Shown here: in pieces, positions 19,114 to 27,362 of the stretch | Numbering within the stretch: position 1 is the first letter of the stretch | Layout: each line of letters opens with the position of its first letter | IMG/VR virus record: IMGVR_UViG_3300009093_000034 | Coordinates: 241,834-305,833 of that record | Reading direction: 5' to 3' (one strand) | DNA: 64,000 nt | Position numbers and translations under genes: made by a program | The notes under the pieces: model-generated | What the model saw: the letters and a program-made list of their open reading frames with translations, nothing else | Databases searched by the model: none | What the model was told of the DNA's origin: nothing

Positions 19114-19725
19114 ATGAACATTCTCAAAAGATTTCTATCAGTAATTGCTACTCTTGCAGTTGCTGTATCTTTCATCTGGTGGTGGGACGGTATCATCTGT
19201 TCTTCTCTTATGAAGAAAGATATTCCATGGTTTCTCATCGTTCCAGCTCACATCTTTTTGGATGCGATCATGTTTATCTTAAGTTGTGTGATGATCGCCC
19301 TTTGTTGGGTTGCAACAAGCGCCATTGTATGGGTTGTGATCTACGGACCCTACACCTGTTACAAGTACATCAAAACAGGTGATTTCGACAATGACCCTGA
19401 GTATGCATTTGAGAAGATTCTCAAGTGGCCTAAGTTTCTTGTAGAAGACCTTGAAAAATGGCACGAGGACAAGTGGGACAAGATTTGGAAAGACAAGAAA
19501 GATGGTATCGAATCTAAGATCAAGCAATTTCTTATAGCTTACTCTGGGGTTCGACGAGTCAAGTACACCTTCAAAAAGGAAGGTGTTGATCTTCTTGCTG
19601 CTTATCAAGATAGAGCCGTTGAAGATTCCAGATTCTTGATGCCTTTCAGCTACTTCTCTAAGGAAGAAAAGAAAGCATTGAAAAAGTTCTGTGGTTTTCA
19701 CTCTTACGAGTTCATTCACTACTAA
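19114..19725 (+). CDS. Membrane protein with soluble C-terminus
   Basis: N-terminal TM helices; abuts the previous stop. Confidence 0.6.
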   Translation: MNILKRFLSVIATLAVAVSFIWWWDGIICSSLMKKDIPWFLIVPAHIFLDAIMFILSCVMIALCWVATSAIVWVVIYGPYTCYKYIKTGDFDNDPEYAFEKILKWPKFLVEDLEKWHEDKWDKIWKDKKDGIESKIKQFLIAYSGVRRVKYTFKKEGVDLLAAYQDRAVEDSRFLMPFSYFSKEEKKALKKFCGFHSYEFIHY

Positions 19726-19735
19726 GGAGAAAGTC

Positions 19736-19936
19736 ATGGTTGCTATTATTTGTTATGGTCTTATTTCCTCTCTTTGTGAGGTCTCTGCTACCATGATGAT
19801 CTGTATGTTCGGTCTTCACATGGACGCTGGACGTTCATTCATTACAGGAATCTCGATAACTCTTCCTATCCAAATGTTTTCAGCAATTCTGTTTGATTAT
19901 CTTCACCGTATCCAGAAGTTACTAGAGAAGGACTAA
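19736..19936 (+). CDS. Small membrane protein
   Basis: SD TAAGGAG, ATG 19736. Confidence 0.55.
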   Translation: MVAIICYGLISSLCEVSATMMICMFGLHMDAGRSFITGISITLPIQMFSAILFDYLHRIQKLLEKD

Positions 19937-19939
19937 CAA

Positions 19940-21136
19940 ATGAAACTTAACCCTATCGTAGAACATTTCGGAGACAGTCAGGACTGGTACAAGTACACCA
20001 TGGGAAACGCGATCCTTCGCAAGTTCCCTGACGTTTGGGTCAAGTGGAAGTTCAAGTGCCGGAACCCTGGAATCATCTGGACCAAAGAGATGGTTCAAGA
20101 GATCAACGAACAGCTTGACCATCTCTGTACTCTGTCTCCTGATGAACAGGAAGTTGCCTTCGTACGAGGTATCAAGTACATCTCAAAGGGCTACGCTGAC
20201 TTCTTGATGATGCTGCGCTTACCTCGTCACCTCATCCGAGTTCGTCTTGATGGAACTGATCTCGAGATCAGTTGTGAAGGACCTTGGTTCATCACCACCT
20301 ACTTTGAGATTCCCACTTTGGCGATTGTCAATGAGGTGTATTTCCAGTTCACCGTTCCTGAAGAGAAGAAGGCTGAGATCCTCAAGGGAGCTGATGAGCG
20401 TCTGACTGAGAAGATCGAGCAGGCCAAGTTCCATCCAGGTTTCACCTTTACTGACTTCGGTACACGCCGAAGGTTCAGCAAGGCTTGGCAGGAACACGTC
20501 ATCCAGCGTCTGAAGGCTGAGCTTCCTGGAACCTTCAATGGAACCTCGAACCCTTACTTCGCTATGAAGTACGACCTCACTCCTATCGGAACCGTGGCCC
20601 ACGAGTGGTACATGGTTGGTCAGGGCATTGAAGGTGTTACATTGGCCAACAGCCAGAAGTACATGCTTCAGGCGTGGTCGGATGTTTACCGAGGAGACTT
20701 GGGAACAGCTCTGACTGACACCTTGGGGAACGATAAGTTCATCGAGGATTTTGACAAGTACTTCGCCCTTCTCTACAGTGGACTTCGCCACGACTCGGGA
20801 GACCCCTATGATTGGGGTGAACTTATGATCGACCATTACCTCGATCTGGGCATTGATCCCAAGACCAAGACCTTGGTCTTTTCGGATGGTCTCACGATCC
20901 TCAAGGCCATTGATCTTTGGAAGCACTTCAAAGATCGTGTTAGGGTCTCGACCTCGGGCATTGGTACTAGCTTGACCAACGATATTCCTGAATGTGTTCC
21001 CTTGAACATCGTCATGAAGATCATCATGGTCAATGGAAACCCCGTAGCCAAGGTCAGCAACAACCCAAGCAAAGGAATGTGCGAGGACCCTGAGTTCGAA
21101 GCCTACCTTAAGAAAGTCATCAAGCTGAAGGTCTAA
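19940..21136 (+). CDS. pncB: Nicotinate phosphoribosyltransferase
   Basis: DWYKYTM, TDFGTRRR, GTVAHEW (phospho-His), ALTDT, LRHDSGDP, VFSDGL, GIGTSLTND, IVMK, AKVSNNPSK. Confidence 0.93.
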   Translation: MKLNPIVEHFGDSQDWYKYTMGNAILRKFPDVWVKWKFKCRNPGIIWTKEMVQEINEQLDHLCTLSPDEQEVAFVRGIKYISKGYADFLMMLRLPRHLIRVRLDGTDLEISCEGPWFITTYFEIPTLAIVNEVYFQFTVPEEKKAEILKGADERLTEKIEQAKFHPGFTFTDFGTRRRFSKAWQEHVIQRLKAELPGTFNGTSNPYFAMKYDLTPIGTVAHEWYMVGQGIEGVTLANSQKYMLQAWSDVYRGDLGTALTDTLGNDKFIEDFDKYFALLYSGLRHDSGDPYDWGELMIDHYLDLGIDPKTKTLVFSDGLTILKAIDLWKHFKDRVRVSTSGIGTSLTNDIPECVPLNIVMKIIMVNGNPVAKVSNNPSKGMCEDPEFEAYLKKVIKLKV

Positions 21137-21138
21137 TT

Positions 21139-21675
21139 ATGTTTGAGATTGAAAAACAAGATCAAGACCAGGAAAATAAACGAAGAGCTGCTATACAAAG
21201 TAGCGAGGCCACTTGGGACTTGTATCTCAAAAAGTATCTTCCTTTCATCAAAGAAGGAGTTTCTTTCTATAGAGACCGGTACTCTGACTTCAGAAAGATC
21301 ACTCTTTGGAAATCTAAACATCATGAGATCACCTTAACGATCAGACATCTTCAGGCGAAAGATTATAGAACCTATGAGTATGTTGAGGTCAATGTTAAAG
21401 GAAAGAAAGAATCTTGTGAGGTTTGGATCGAAAAAGGTCATGGGGTCTTGTACGACTGGCAAAGAGATAACTTAAAGCCCTTAAAAGTTGATGATAGTGC
21501 TTTTAACACTTCTTGGGCCAAAATGGGTGGAACAGAAAACCTTGTAGACTTTGAGTCTGTGTTTCAAGAAGCTTTCCCTGTGATTCGACAAGAACACATG
21601 GAGTTCTTAGAGAAACAAACTGACAAGGCTGAGAAGGAAAAGGCTAGAGTTAACTTGAACTTGGAATTTCAATGA
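21139..21675 (+). CDS. Hypothetical protein
   Basis: ORF track. Confidence 0.65.
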   Translation: MFEIEKQDQDQENKRRAAIQSSEATWDLYLKKYLPFIKEGVSFYRDRYSDFRKITLWKSKHHEITLTIRHLQAKDYRTYEYVEVNVKGKKESCEVWIEKGHGVLYDWQRDNLKPLKVDDSAFNTSWAKMGGTENLVDFESVFQEAFPVIRQEHMEFLEKQTDKAEKEKARVNLNLEFQ

Positions 21676-21956
21676 TCCTGCCTGTCAAGTACAACGATCT
21701 TTCTATTGAAGGAAAACGTCAGGTTAGAACTGAGTATACTAAACTTCAGAAAGGTCTATGTCTTCACTGCCATGCTCCCTTAGACTCAGATGTAGACGAG
21801 ATCACCAAAGAAGCTTGGCCGGTTAATAAGAAGTTGTTTCCTAGAGACTTCTTCAAATGGCCTGTTCACCTACATCATAGTCACGACTCTGGACTGACCT
21901 TAGGGGCAGTCCATTCTTATTGCAACGCTGTCCTTTGGCAGTATCATGGAGAATAA
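21672..21956 (+). CDS. Endonuclease VII-like His-Me finger protein
   Basis: CLHCHAPL...HLHHSHDSGLTLGAVHSYCNAVL. Confidence 0.65.
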   Translation: MILPVKYNDLSIEGKRQVRTEYTKLQKGLCLHCHAPLDSDVDEITKEAWPVNKKLFPRDFFKWPVHLHHSHDSGLTLGAVHSYCNAVLWQYHGE

Positions 21957-22370
21957 ATGGAAAATCCCACAATTTACACTTGGCTTAACCGAGATAGTGC
22001 TCCTATCGGAAGAACTGGAAGATTCAGCAACTCATTGAAAGATCTTGCTAACGGAGGAGGAACAGAAGGAACTCTGATAAGGGTTCTTGAGACTGATGCT
22101 GCTTTTAGCATGGATCACTCTGCCTTTTGTTTCTTTGTTCCAAACAAGGAACCTGAGTATCGACCTTTTATCTCTGAAGAAAGAGATCTCTTCAGAGGAA
22201 AATGGGTTACTGACAGAGATGTAGAAAACAACTCAAATAAAGAGGAGTATCTCATCACAGGTATTGAAGATACAGGTGTTTCTCTTTCAAATGGAAGCTT
22301 CTATGATTTTGAAAACCTATTGGAGTTGTTCATCTTTCTTGATGGATCGTTATGCGGAGAATTGGAATGA
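21957..22370 (+). CDS. Hypothetical protein, paralog of 22367..22765
   Basis: PEYRPF...FYDFENLLELFIFLDGSLCG. Confidence 0.7.
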   Translation: MENPTIYTWLNRDSAPIGRTGRFSNSLKDLANGGGTEGTLIRVLETDAAFSMDHSAFCFFVPNKEPEYRPFISEERDLFRGKWVTDRDVENNSNKEEYLITGIEDTGVSLSNGSFYDFENLLELFIFLDGSLCGELE

Positions 22371-22765
22371 AAGGTGACAAAGTATTTTTCTTTGGAAATG
22401 CTGAAGAAGCAATTCCTTACATCGGAAAGATGGGTTACTTCGGTGACTCAGCCGATAGATTAAACACCAAAGGTTGTTTGATCAAGGTTCAAAATTATGG
22501 AGAGTTTCGTTTTCAACGACTTGTTAATGCAAGTGGTTGGAGATACTTCGTTCCTATGGTTGAACCGGAGTTCAGACCTTACACCAAGAAAGAAGCAATT
22601 CCTAGAATCATTCGAGGTGTCTTGAACAAAGAGAGTGGAGACTATTACTCCATTGGTGTCATCAATGACACTGGAGTTCTTATCAACGGTACTTTCTACG
22701 ACTATGCAGAACTCTTTGATGAGTTTACTCACCTGGACGGAAGCACGTTAGGAATTGAAGATTGA
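22367..22765 (+). CDS. Hypothetical protein, paralog of 21957..22370
   Basis: PEFRPY...FYDYAELFDEFTHLDGSTLG; ATGA overlap. Confidence 0.7.
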   Translation: MKGDKVFFFGNAEEAIPYIGKMGYFGDSADRLNTKGCLIKVQNYGEFRFQRLVNASGWRYFVPMVEPEFRPYTKKEAIPRIIRGVLNKESGDYYSIGVINDTGVLINGTFYDYAELFDEFTHLDGSTLGIED

Positions 22766-22965
22766 AGATCTCCATCGTAAGAAACGGTCAAACATTCTCT
22801 AGAACAATTCCTGATTCATCAACCAGAGATGAACAAGAGTTAGCTTTGCTCAGTCTTAGACAACATGTTTACAACGGTTCAGAGCTGTCACCTAAAGCTC
22901 TAGAGTCCTTAGAGGCTCAAAAGAAAGAGAAAGTAAGATCATGGGGTTGGGATCAACCCTACTAA
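22762..22965 (+). CDS. Small hypothetical protein
   Basis: TTGA overlap. Confidence 0.5.
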   Translation: MKISIVRNGQTFSRTIPDSSTRDEQELALLSLRQHVYNGSELSPKALESLEAQKKEKVRSWGWDQPY

Positions 22966-22974
22966 GGAGAGATC

Positions 22975-23100
22975 ATGAAGAGTTTCGCTAAGAACATCCT
23001 TCTCCCTATGGGAATTGGGATTCTTCTTTTGGCTATTTGGTTCCTGTGCTGTGCGATCGGAGACCCTAACTCTGGTCTCTATGTTCATCCTCACGCATGA
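22975..23100 (+). CDS. 41-aa single-TM peptide (missed by track)
   Basis: SD TAAGGAG; MKSFAKNILLPMGIGILLLAIWFLCCAIGDP...; ATGA overlap with the next gene. Confidence 0.6.
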   Translation: MKSFAKNILLPMGIGILLLAIWFLCCAIGDPNSGLYVHPHA

Positions 23101-23471
23101 AACTAGCTGTCGTAGGATCTCGTGACTTCTCAGCTTATGGCCTCCTCAGAGACGAACTTAACAAGATCGAAGAGATCACTGAGATCGTCTCTGGGGGTGC
23201 TAGAGGTGCAGACTCTCTAGCTGAATTTTATGCTAAGAAACATGGAATCAAACCAGTGGTTTTTGAAGCTAATTGGATTGCTTTTGGAAAACCAGCTGGA
23301 AATATCAGAAACACAAGCATCGTGAATTACTGTGATCAACTCATAGCCTTTTGGGACGGTCACTCAAGTGGTACGAAAGACTCGATCAACAAAGCAAAGG
23401 CACAAGGAAAACTTCTCAAGATAGTCTACTACGTAGAGATTGCTCAAACAAACCTCTATCCTGAGACATAG
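23097..23471 (+). CDS. SLOG-superfamily protein (YspA/DUF2493-like)
   Basis: LAVVGSRDF, IVSGGARGAD, AGNIRN, IAFWDGHSSGT. Confidence 0.85.
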   Translation: MKLAVVGSRDFSAYGLLRDELNKIEEITEIVSGGARGADSLAEFYAKKHGIKPVVFEANWIAFGKPAGNIRNTSIVNYCDQLIAFWDGHSSGTKDSINKAKAQGKLLKIVYYVEIAQTNLYPET

Positions 23472-23478
23472 AACAAAA

Positions 23479-23943
23479 ATGGACAACAACGAACCAATCT
23501 TATTTTGGAAAACACACGAAGATGGGAGACCTTTACCGTACGGAGGATTTTCCAATTTCTCTCGTCATCCTTTTACGGTGGACGGCATAAAGTATAGAAC
23601 AAGCGAACATTATTTTCAAGCTATGAAGTTCCCTGTTGGAGAACATAGAGATGCTGTCATTAATGCTGAAAAGCCAAATGATGCAGCTCTCATAGGTAGA
23701 GATCGTTCTCGTCCGTTACGATCTGATTGGGAAACTGTCAAACTTGATGTGATGCGTAAGGCTCTTCGTTATAAGTTTGATGCTTACCCTGATCTACAAA
23801 GACTTCTTCTTTCTACAGACAAACGAGAACTTGTTGAAGCTTCTCCTATGGATGATTTTTGGGGAATTAAGTCGTTGACTCTTCCAGGAAACGGCAAGAA
23901 TTGGTTAGGAAAACTTCTTATGGAGCTTAGAGATGAGTTGTAA
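23479..23943 (+). CDS. NADAR family protein (YbiA / T4 gp30.3-like)
   Basis: FSNF, SEHYFQAMKF, DWETVKLDVM, LVEASPMDDFWG, GKNWLGKLLMELR. Confidence 0.9.
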   Translation: MDNNEPILFWKTHEDGRPLPYGGFSNFSRHPFTVDGIKYRTSEHYFQAMKFPVGEHRDAVINAEKPNDAALIGRDRSRPLRSDWETVKLDVMRKALRYKFDAYPDLQRLLLSTDKRELVEASPMDDFWGIKSLTLPGNGKNWLGKLLMELRDEL

Positions 23944-24184
23944 TTGTTCTTGCTGTTGTGATTGTTATGAACTTCGCACGTGGACTGAGTGGAGAAGACT
24001 TGGTTTTACTGTGAAGCTACACCAAAGAGCTTCTGAGTTTAGAAGCGGAGTGGCGTTATTTGGTCGTCACCAGGTTAAGATTTGGTGGAAGATGCTTAAT
24101 GACGGTACATGGGTTCGTCACTATTTAGGTGACGATGATGACCATAAAGCCCATAGCTGCACAGATTGTGATGAAAGAAAGTAA
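23933..24184 (+). CDS. Small protein with ArdC-N-like motif, paralog 1
   Basis: LRTWTEWRRLGFTVK...ALFGRHQV; Cys-rich ends. Confidence 0.5.
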   Translation: MSCNCSCCCDCYELRTWTEWRRLGFTVKLHQRASEFRSGVALFGRHQVKIWWKMLNDGTWVRHYLGDDDDHKAHSCTDCDERK

Positions 24185-24194
24185 AGAAGGATAC

Positions 24195-24401
24195 ATGAAC
24201 CAACTTTTGACCTTCAATGAGTGGCGCCAACACGGATACACTGTCATAGTTGGACAAAGTTCTGTTGGAAGAAATGATCAAGGTCAAGCAGTGTTCAACT
24301 CAGAGCAAGTAACTCCTTGGAGAGATCCGAAGCTGGGAATCCCTTTTGAAGAAAATATGGATCTCGTATCCATGTATATACCCGAGCACGAGTTATATTA
24401 G
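24195..24401 (+). CDS. Small protein with ArdC-N-like motif, paralog 2
   Basis: SD GAAGG, ATG 24195; LLTFNEWRQHGYTVIVG...AVFNSEQV. Confidence 0.55.
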   Translation: MNQLLTFNEWRQHGYTVIVGQSSVGRNDQGQAVFNSEQVTPWRDPKLGIPFEENMDLVSMYIPEHELY

Positions 24402-24410
24402 GAATAAATC

Positions 24411-24839
24411 ATGGTAGCGTTCATCTCAGGTCATCGTGACCTAACAGATCAAGAGTTCTCACAATACTACAAACCTTTGATTGACAAAGCTGTAGAAGCT
24501 GGAGATCACTTTGTGATCTGTGACTACAATGGTTCAGACACCATAGCTCAGATGTATCTTCGATACGGCCATGGTTACAGCAAAGTCACCATCTACCACA
24601 TGTTTGAATCTCCTAGAAAGAAGGTCGATTCTTTTTGGCCCAGCGTGGGTGGATTCAAGACGGACGAGGAACGAGACACTCAATGTACTCTTGACTCTGA
24701 CTATGACATCGCCTGGTCAAGAAAACCAGGTTCAGGTACTGATCAAAACATCAAGAGGCGAGACGCTATTGATAGATCAAAGATCTTTGAGAGGGCTCAA
24801 GAATGGACTCAAAGTCTTCAACAGAAAGAAAACACGTAA
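24411..24839 (+). CDS. Second SLOG-like protein
   Basis: AFISGHRDL, CDYNGSDTIAQMYL, IAWSRKPGSGTDQN. Confidence 0.6.
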   Translation: MVAFISGHRDLTDQEFSQYYKPLIDKAVEAGDHFVICDYNGSDTIAQMYLRYGHGYSKVTIYHMFESPRKKVDSFWPSVGGFKTDEERDTQCTLDSDYDIAWSRKPGSGTDQNIKRRDAIDRSKIFERAQEWTQSLQQKENT

Positions 24840-24988
24840 CTTGGACGGCCACTCTATCGTATGAGTGGTTGTGTGAGTGTGGGTGGATCTCTTCAACTCA
24901 TACTGCTGTAAGAAACCCTTTCAGGTTCTTCAGCTATTGTCCAGGTTGTGGAGCTCATATTCAGAAATTTGAAAAGAGGAAGTCATGA
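24803..24988 (+). CDS. Small Zn-ribbon protein
   Basis: CECGW...YCPGCG; true start uncertain. Confidence 0.5.
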   Translation: MDSKSSTERKHVTWTATLSYEWLCECGWISSTHTAVRNPFRFFSYCPGCGAHIQKFEKRKS

Positions 24989-25359
24989 CTAGAGTATGGA
25001 TCGTTTATGACGAGTACAGAGAACCTAGGATGCATCCGACGCTTGAGTCTGCAAATAGATTCTCAGAGTTTCAAGAAGTCATGGGTCATGGAAAACCTGA
25101 GGCCATAGAAACAGGTTTAACTGAGTTCTATCCTCCTCATGACGTTTGGTTCAAGTGGATGGAAAGAAACCCAGAGGTCTTTGAGCACATGGATTCTGAG
25201 TTTGCTAAAAGCGTCTCTGAGACTCTTGATCCTATTTATAAGGATAAGTCTTTTGGATGGATCGCTTTCTTCAGTGTGCCTTACGTAGCAGACAGAACTA
25301 AACTCCTAGAGTCTTGCAAAAGACACCTGGAAGAACTTAAGAGAGAAAAGAACCTATGA
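24985..25359 (+). CDS. Hypothetical protein
   Basis: ATGA overlap. Confidence 0.6.
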   Translation: MTRVWIVYDEYREPRMHPTLESANRFSEFQEVMGHGKPEAIETGLTEFYPPHDVWFKWMERNPEVFEHMDSEFAKSVSETLDPIYKDKSFGWIAFFSVPYVADRTKLLESCKRHLEELKREKNL

Positions 25360-25661
25360 CCAACATCTTCGATTGGAAATACATCAAAAGGTCTTGGAAA
25401 GATCCTTATCTTAGATTCAGTATGATCTTTTATTCTTTTTGGATCTTAGTTTTTGCTGTCCTACCTTTCTTTCTAATCAAGGATAACATCAACATTCTTG
25501 CTGGTTATATTCTATGTCCACTTATGGTAGTTCTTAACTACCTGATCATTAGAGTCTCAATTCGAGTACACTGGTTTCGTAAGTTATCGGATCTGAGAAT
25601 CAATCGAAAGATGAGAGATAAGTTAAAAGACTTTTTCTCTGTAAGGAAAGATCATGGATAA
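25356..25661 (+). CDS. Two-TM membrane protein
   Basis: Hydrophobic helices. Confidence 0.55.
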   Translation: MTNIFDWKYIKRSWKDPYLRFSMIFYSFWILVFAVLPFFLIKDNINILAGYILCPLMVVLNYLIIRVSIRVHWFRKLSDLRINRKMRDKLKDFFSVRKDHG

Positions 25662-25968
25662 ATTTTTGAAGTACTTCAAAAAGTCATGGAAGATCAAAGA
25701 GATGAAGAACAAGATAGTTTTGGCAACCTGTTGGGTTGTCGGAGTTATGATGTTTCTTCTTTTAGCATTTTTTCTTCCAGAGAACGATCCGAAGAAACAC
25801 GCGTTATCAATTGAGATCTTATCTATATTATGTCCTGTTCTTGCTTTTCCAATTCCCTTTGCAGCCTTTTTGGGCATCAAAGGATCATGGGTTGATAGAA
25901 GAGATTTTCTTCAAACTCAATGGAAAGAAGATCACAGAAACTATGTCAATAATGGTTCTGGGATTTAA
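25654..25968 (+). CDS. Two-TM membrane protein
   Basis: Hydrophobic helices; same layout as the previous gene. Confidence 0.55.
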   Translation: MDKFLKYFKKSWKIKEMKNKIVLATCWVVGVMMFLLLAFFLPENDPKKHALSIEILSILCPVLAFPIPFAAFLGIKGSWVDRRDFLQTQWKEDHRNYVNNGSGI

Positions 25969-26459
25969 GAACCAGTCTTCTTAGCAGCGGCAGCTGCTGT
26001 TGCGATCTCAAGCAACTGATTCAAGGCAGTAAGACCTTGAAGGATCTCTTTAGGAGCCTTCTGGAAGGTCGCATCTCCACTTCCACCTTCTCCACCACCT
26101 TGACCTAACTCTCCTCTTTCAACTCTAGCCTTGGCTTTCTCAACAGCAATAGAAGAGAACGGCTGGATGATCCTTGTGGTCATGTCATTGTTAATTCTTT
26201 GTTGATCCATGTAGAGATCTGCTCTTTGTTGGAAAGAAGCCTCTGGCAAAACTTCCCTTACTGAGTCTTGAAGCTCCTCTTCAAAAGAGTGTCTCTTTGA
26301 GACCAACTTCAAACTATCTGAGACAAAGTCTCCAATAGACTGTTCAACGGCATCCAATGGATCAATGATCTTTACTGCATTAACTTCAGTAGAATTTGGT
26401 GCAGACAATGAGTCGTGAAAATCGTGCAAGACCTCTATATCGTTAGACAATTCATTCAC
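25965..26459 (-). CDS. Hypothetical protein (late-type transcript)
   Basis: Coupled to 26452..26877; helical with a Gly-rich linker. Confidence 0.7.
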   Translation of the reverse strand: MNELSNDIEVLHDFHDSLSAPNSTEVNAVKIIDPLDAVEQSIGDFVSDSLKLVSKRHSFEEELQDSVREVLPEASFQQRADLYMDQQRINNDMTTRIIQPFSSIAVEKAKARVERGELGQGGGEGGSGDATFQKAPKEILQGLTALNQLLEIATAAAAAKKTGS

Positions 26460-26877
26460 CTCTTAACTGTCGAGCCCTGATTCTTTCTGCTATGTACTGC
26501 AGAAAGCTCTGGAAGCTCTGGATTTGAATCCCTAGTTGGATGGTTGGAAGGTCATCAACTCCCATCAACTCTTTGATCTCAGACCAATTTTTTCCCTCTA
26601 TCGTTTTGTAGTAGTATGAGATAGCCAACTGAATGGTCTCTTTGAACTCCTCTTTAGAAGGGAAGGAGATAGTCAATCCACTGAAGATGCTCACTAGATC
26701 TACGAATCTATCGAACCCGACAAGATCATAGACCTCTATCAACGCAAGCAAAGCTTCGTTCTTGTCTGCTCGTTTGAAGAGCAACAATCGAAGAATGTCA
26801 GCGATCACCTCTTTCGTAGGGTCTGTTTTTAAGGTGCTCTCTAACTTTTTTTGAAACTCTTCTGATGATGCAGACAA
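26452..26877 (-). CDS. Possible Mor-family transcription regulator
   Basis: LVGFDRFVDLVSIFSGLTISFP resembles the Mor G-x-E...FGG-x-x-I-x-I-P motif; C-terminal HTH-like NWSEIKELMG; TTG start with GAGGAG. Confidence 0.45.
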   Translation of the reverse strand: MSASSEEFQKKLESTLKTDPTKEVIADILRLLLFKRADKNEALLALIEVYDLVGFDRFVDLVSIFSGLTISFPSKEEFKETIQLAISYYYKTIEGKNWSEIKELMGVDDLPTIQLGIQIQSFQSFLQYIAERIRARQLRGE

Positions 26878-26893
26878 CTATGTTCTCCTCTCT

Positions 26894-26900
26894 AGTTAGT
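26894..26900 (-). promoter_or_regulatory. Late-type motif ACTAACT
   Basis: Same motif family as 11 other minus-strand copies. Confidence 0.55.
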
Positions 26901-26927
26901 TAACAAAGTAAAAACTCGCCTATATCT

Positions 26928-26939
26928 TGAGATATTGTA
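26928..26939 (+). promoter_or_regulatory. Early-type promoter motif, copy 4
   Basis: TGAGATATTGTA; AGGAGG then TTG 26960. Confidence 0.75.
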
Positions 26940-26959
26940 TTACGATTTAGGAGGCTGTA

Positions 26960-27274
26960 TTGAATATTCACATCAAGGTTCAGGGAGATGTTGCCAAGAT
27001 CAACTCTCTTGAGCTGGAACGTCTGGTTCAGTTTCTTCGCAGTGCCCAAGACGGCACCAAGGTTTCACTTGATAACCTGGAACTTCAGGCTTTCGGTGAT
27101 CGTAATGTTACGGATGATGACGTTCAGTTGATCTGCCGTCGCTTCCCCAACCAAAAGATCGATGCGATCAAGGCTCTTCGTGAACTCTACCAAGAGAAGA
27201 CCGGAGAAAGTCTGGGTCTCAAGGAAGCCAAGGACTGGGTCGAAAAGTACCTGGACAACCCGTCCCGCTGGTAA
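26960..27274 (+). CDS. Ribosomal protein bL12 (L7/L12) C-terminal-domain-like protein
   Basis: QKIDAIKALRELY...LGLKEAKDWVE matches the KIxxIKxVR...GLKEAKxLVE signature. Confidence 0.75.
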   Translation: MNIHIKVQGDVAKINSLELERLVQFLRSAQDGTKVSLDNLELQAFGDRNVTDDDVQLICRRFPNQKIDAIKALRELYQEKTGESLGLKEAKDWVEKYLDNPSRW

Positions 27275-27286
27275 CTTTTTCTCACC

Positions 27287-27320
27287 AAAGAGCCTACTTT
27301 GTAGGCTCTTTTTCTTTTTT
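27287..27320 (+). terminator. Intrinsic terminator
   Basis: AAAGAGCCTAC TTT GTAGGCTCTTT followed by a T-tract. Confidence 0.85.
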
Positions 27321-27321
27321 A

Positions 27322-27333
27322 TGAGATATTGTA
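27322..27333 (+). promoter_or_regulatory. Early-type promoter motif, copy 5
   Basis: TGAGATATTGTA; AAGGAG then ATG 27363. Confidence 0.75.
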
Positions 27334-27362
27334 TCAGTCAAACAGATCCAAAGGAGATAAGA

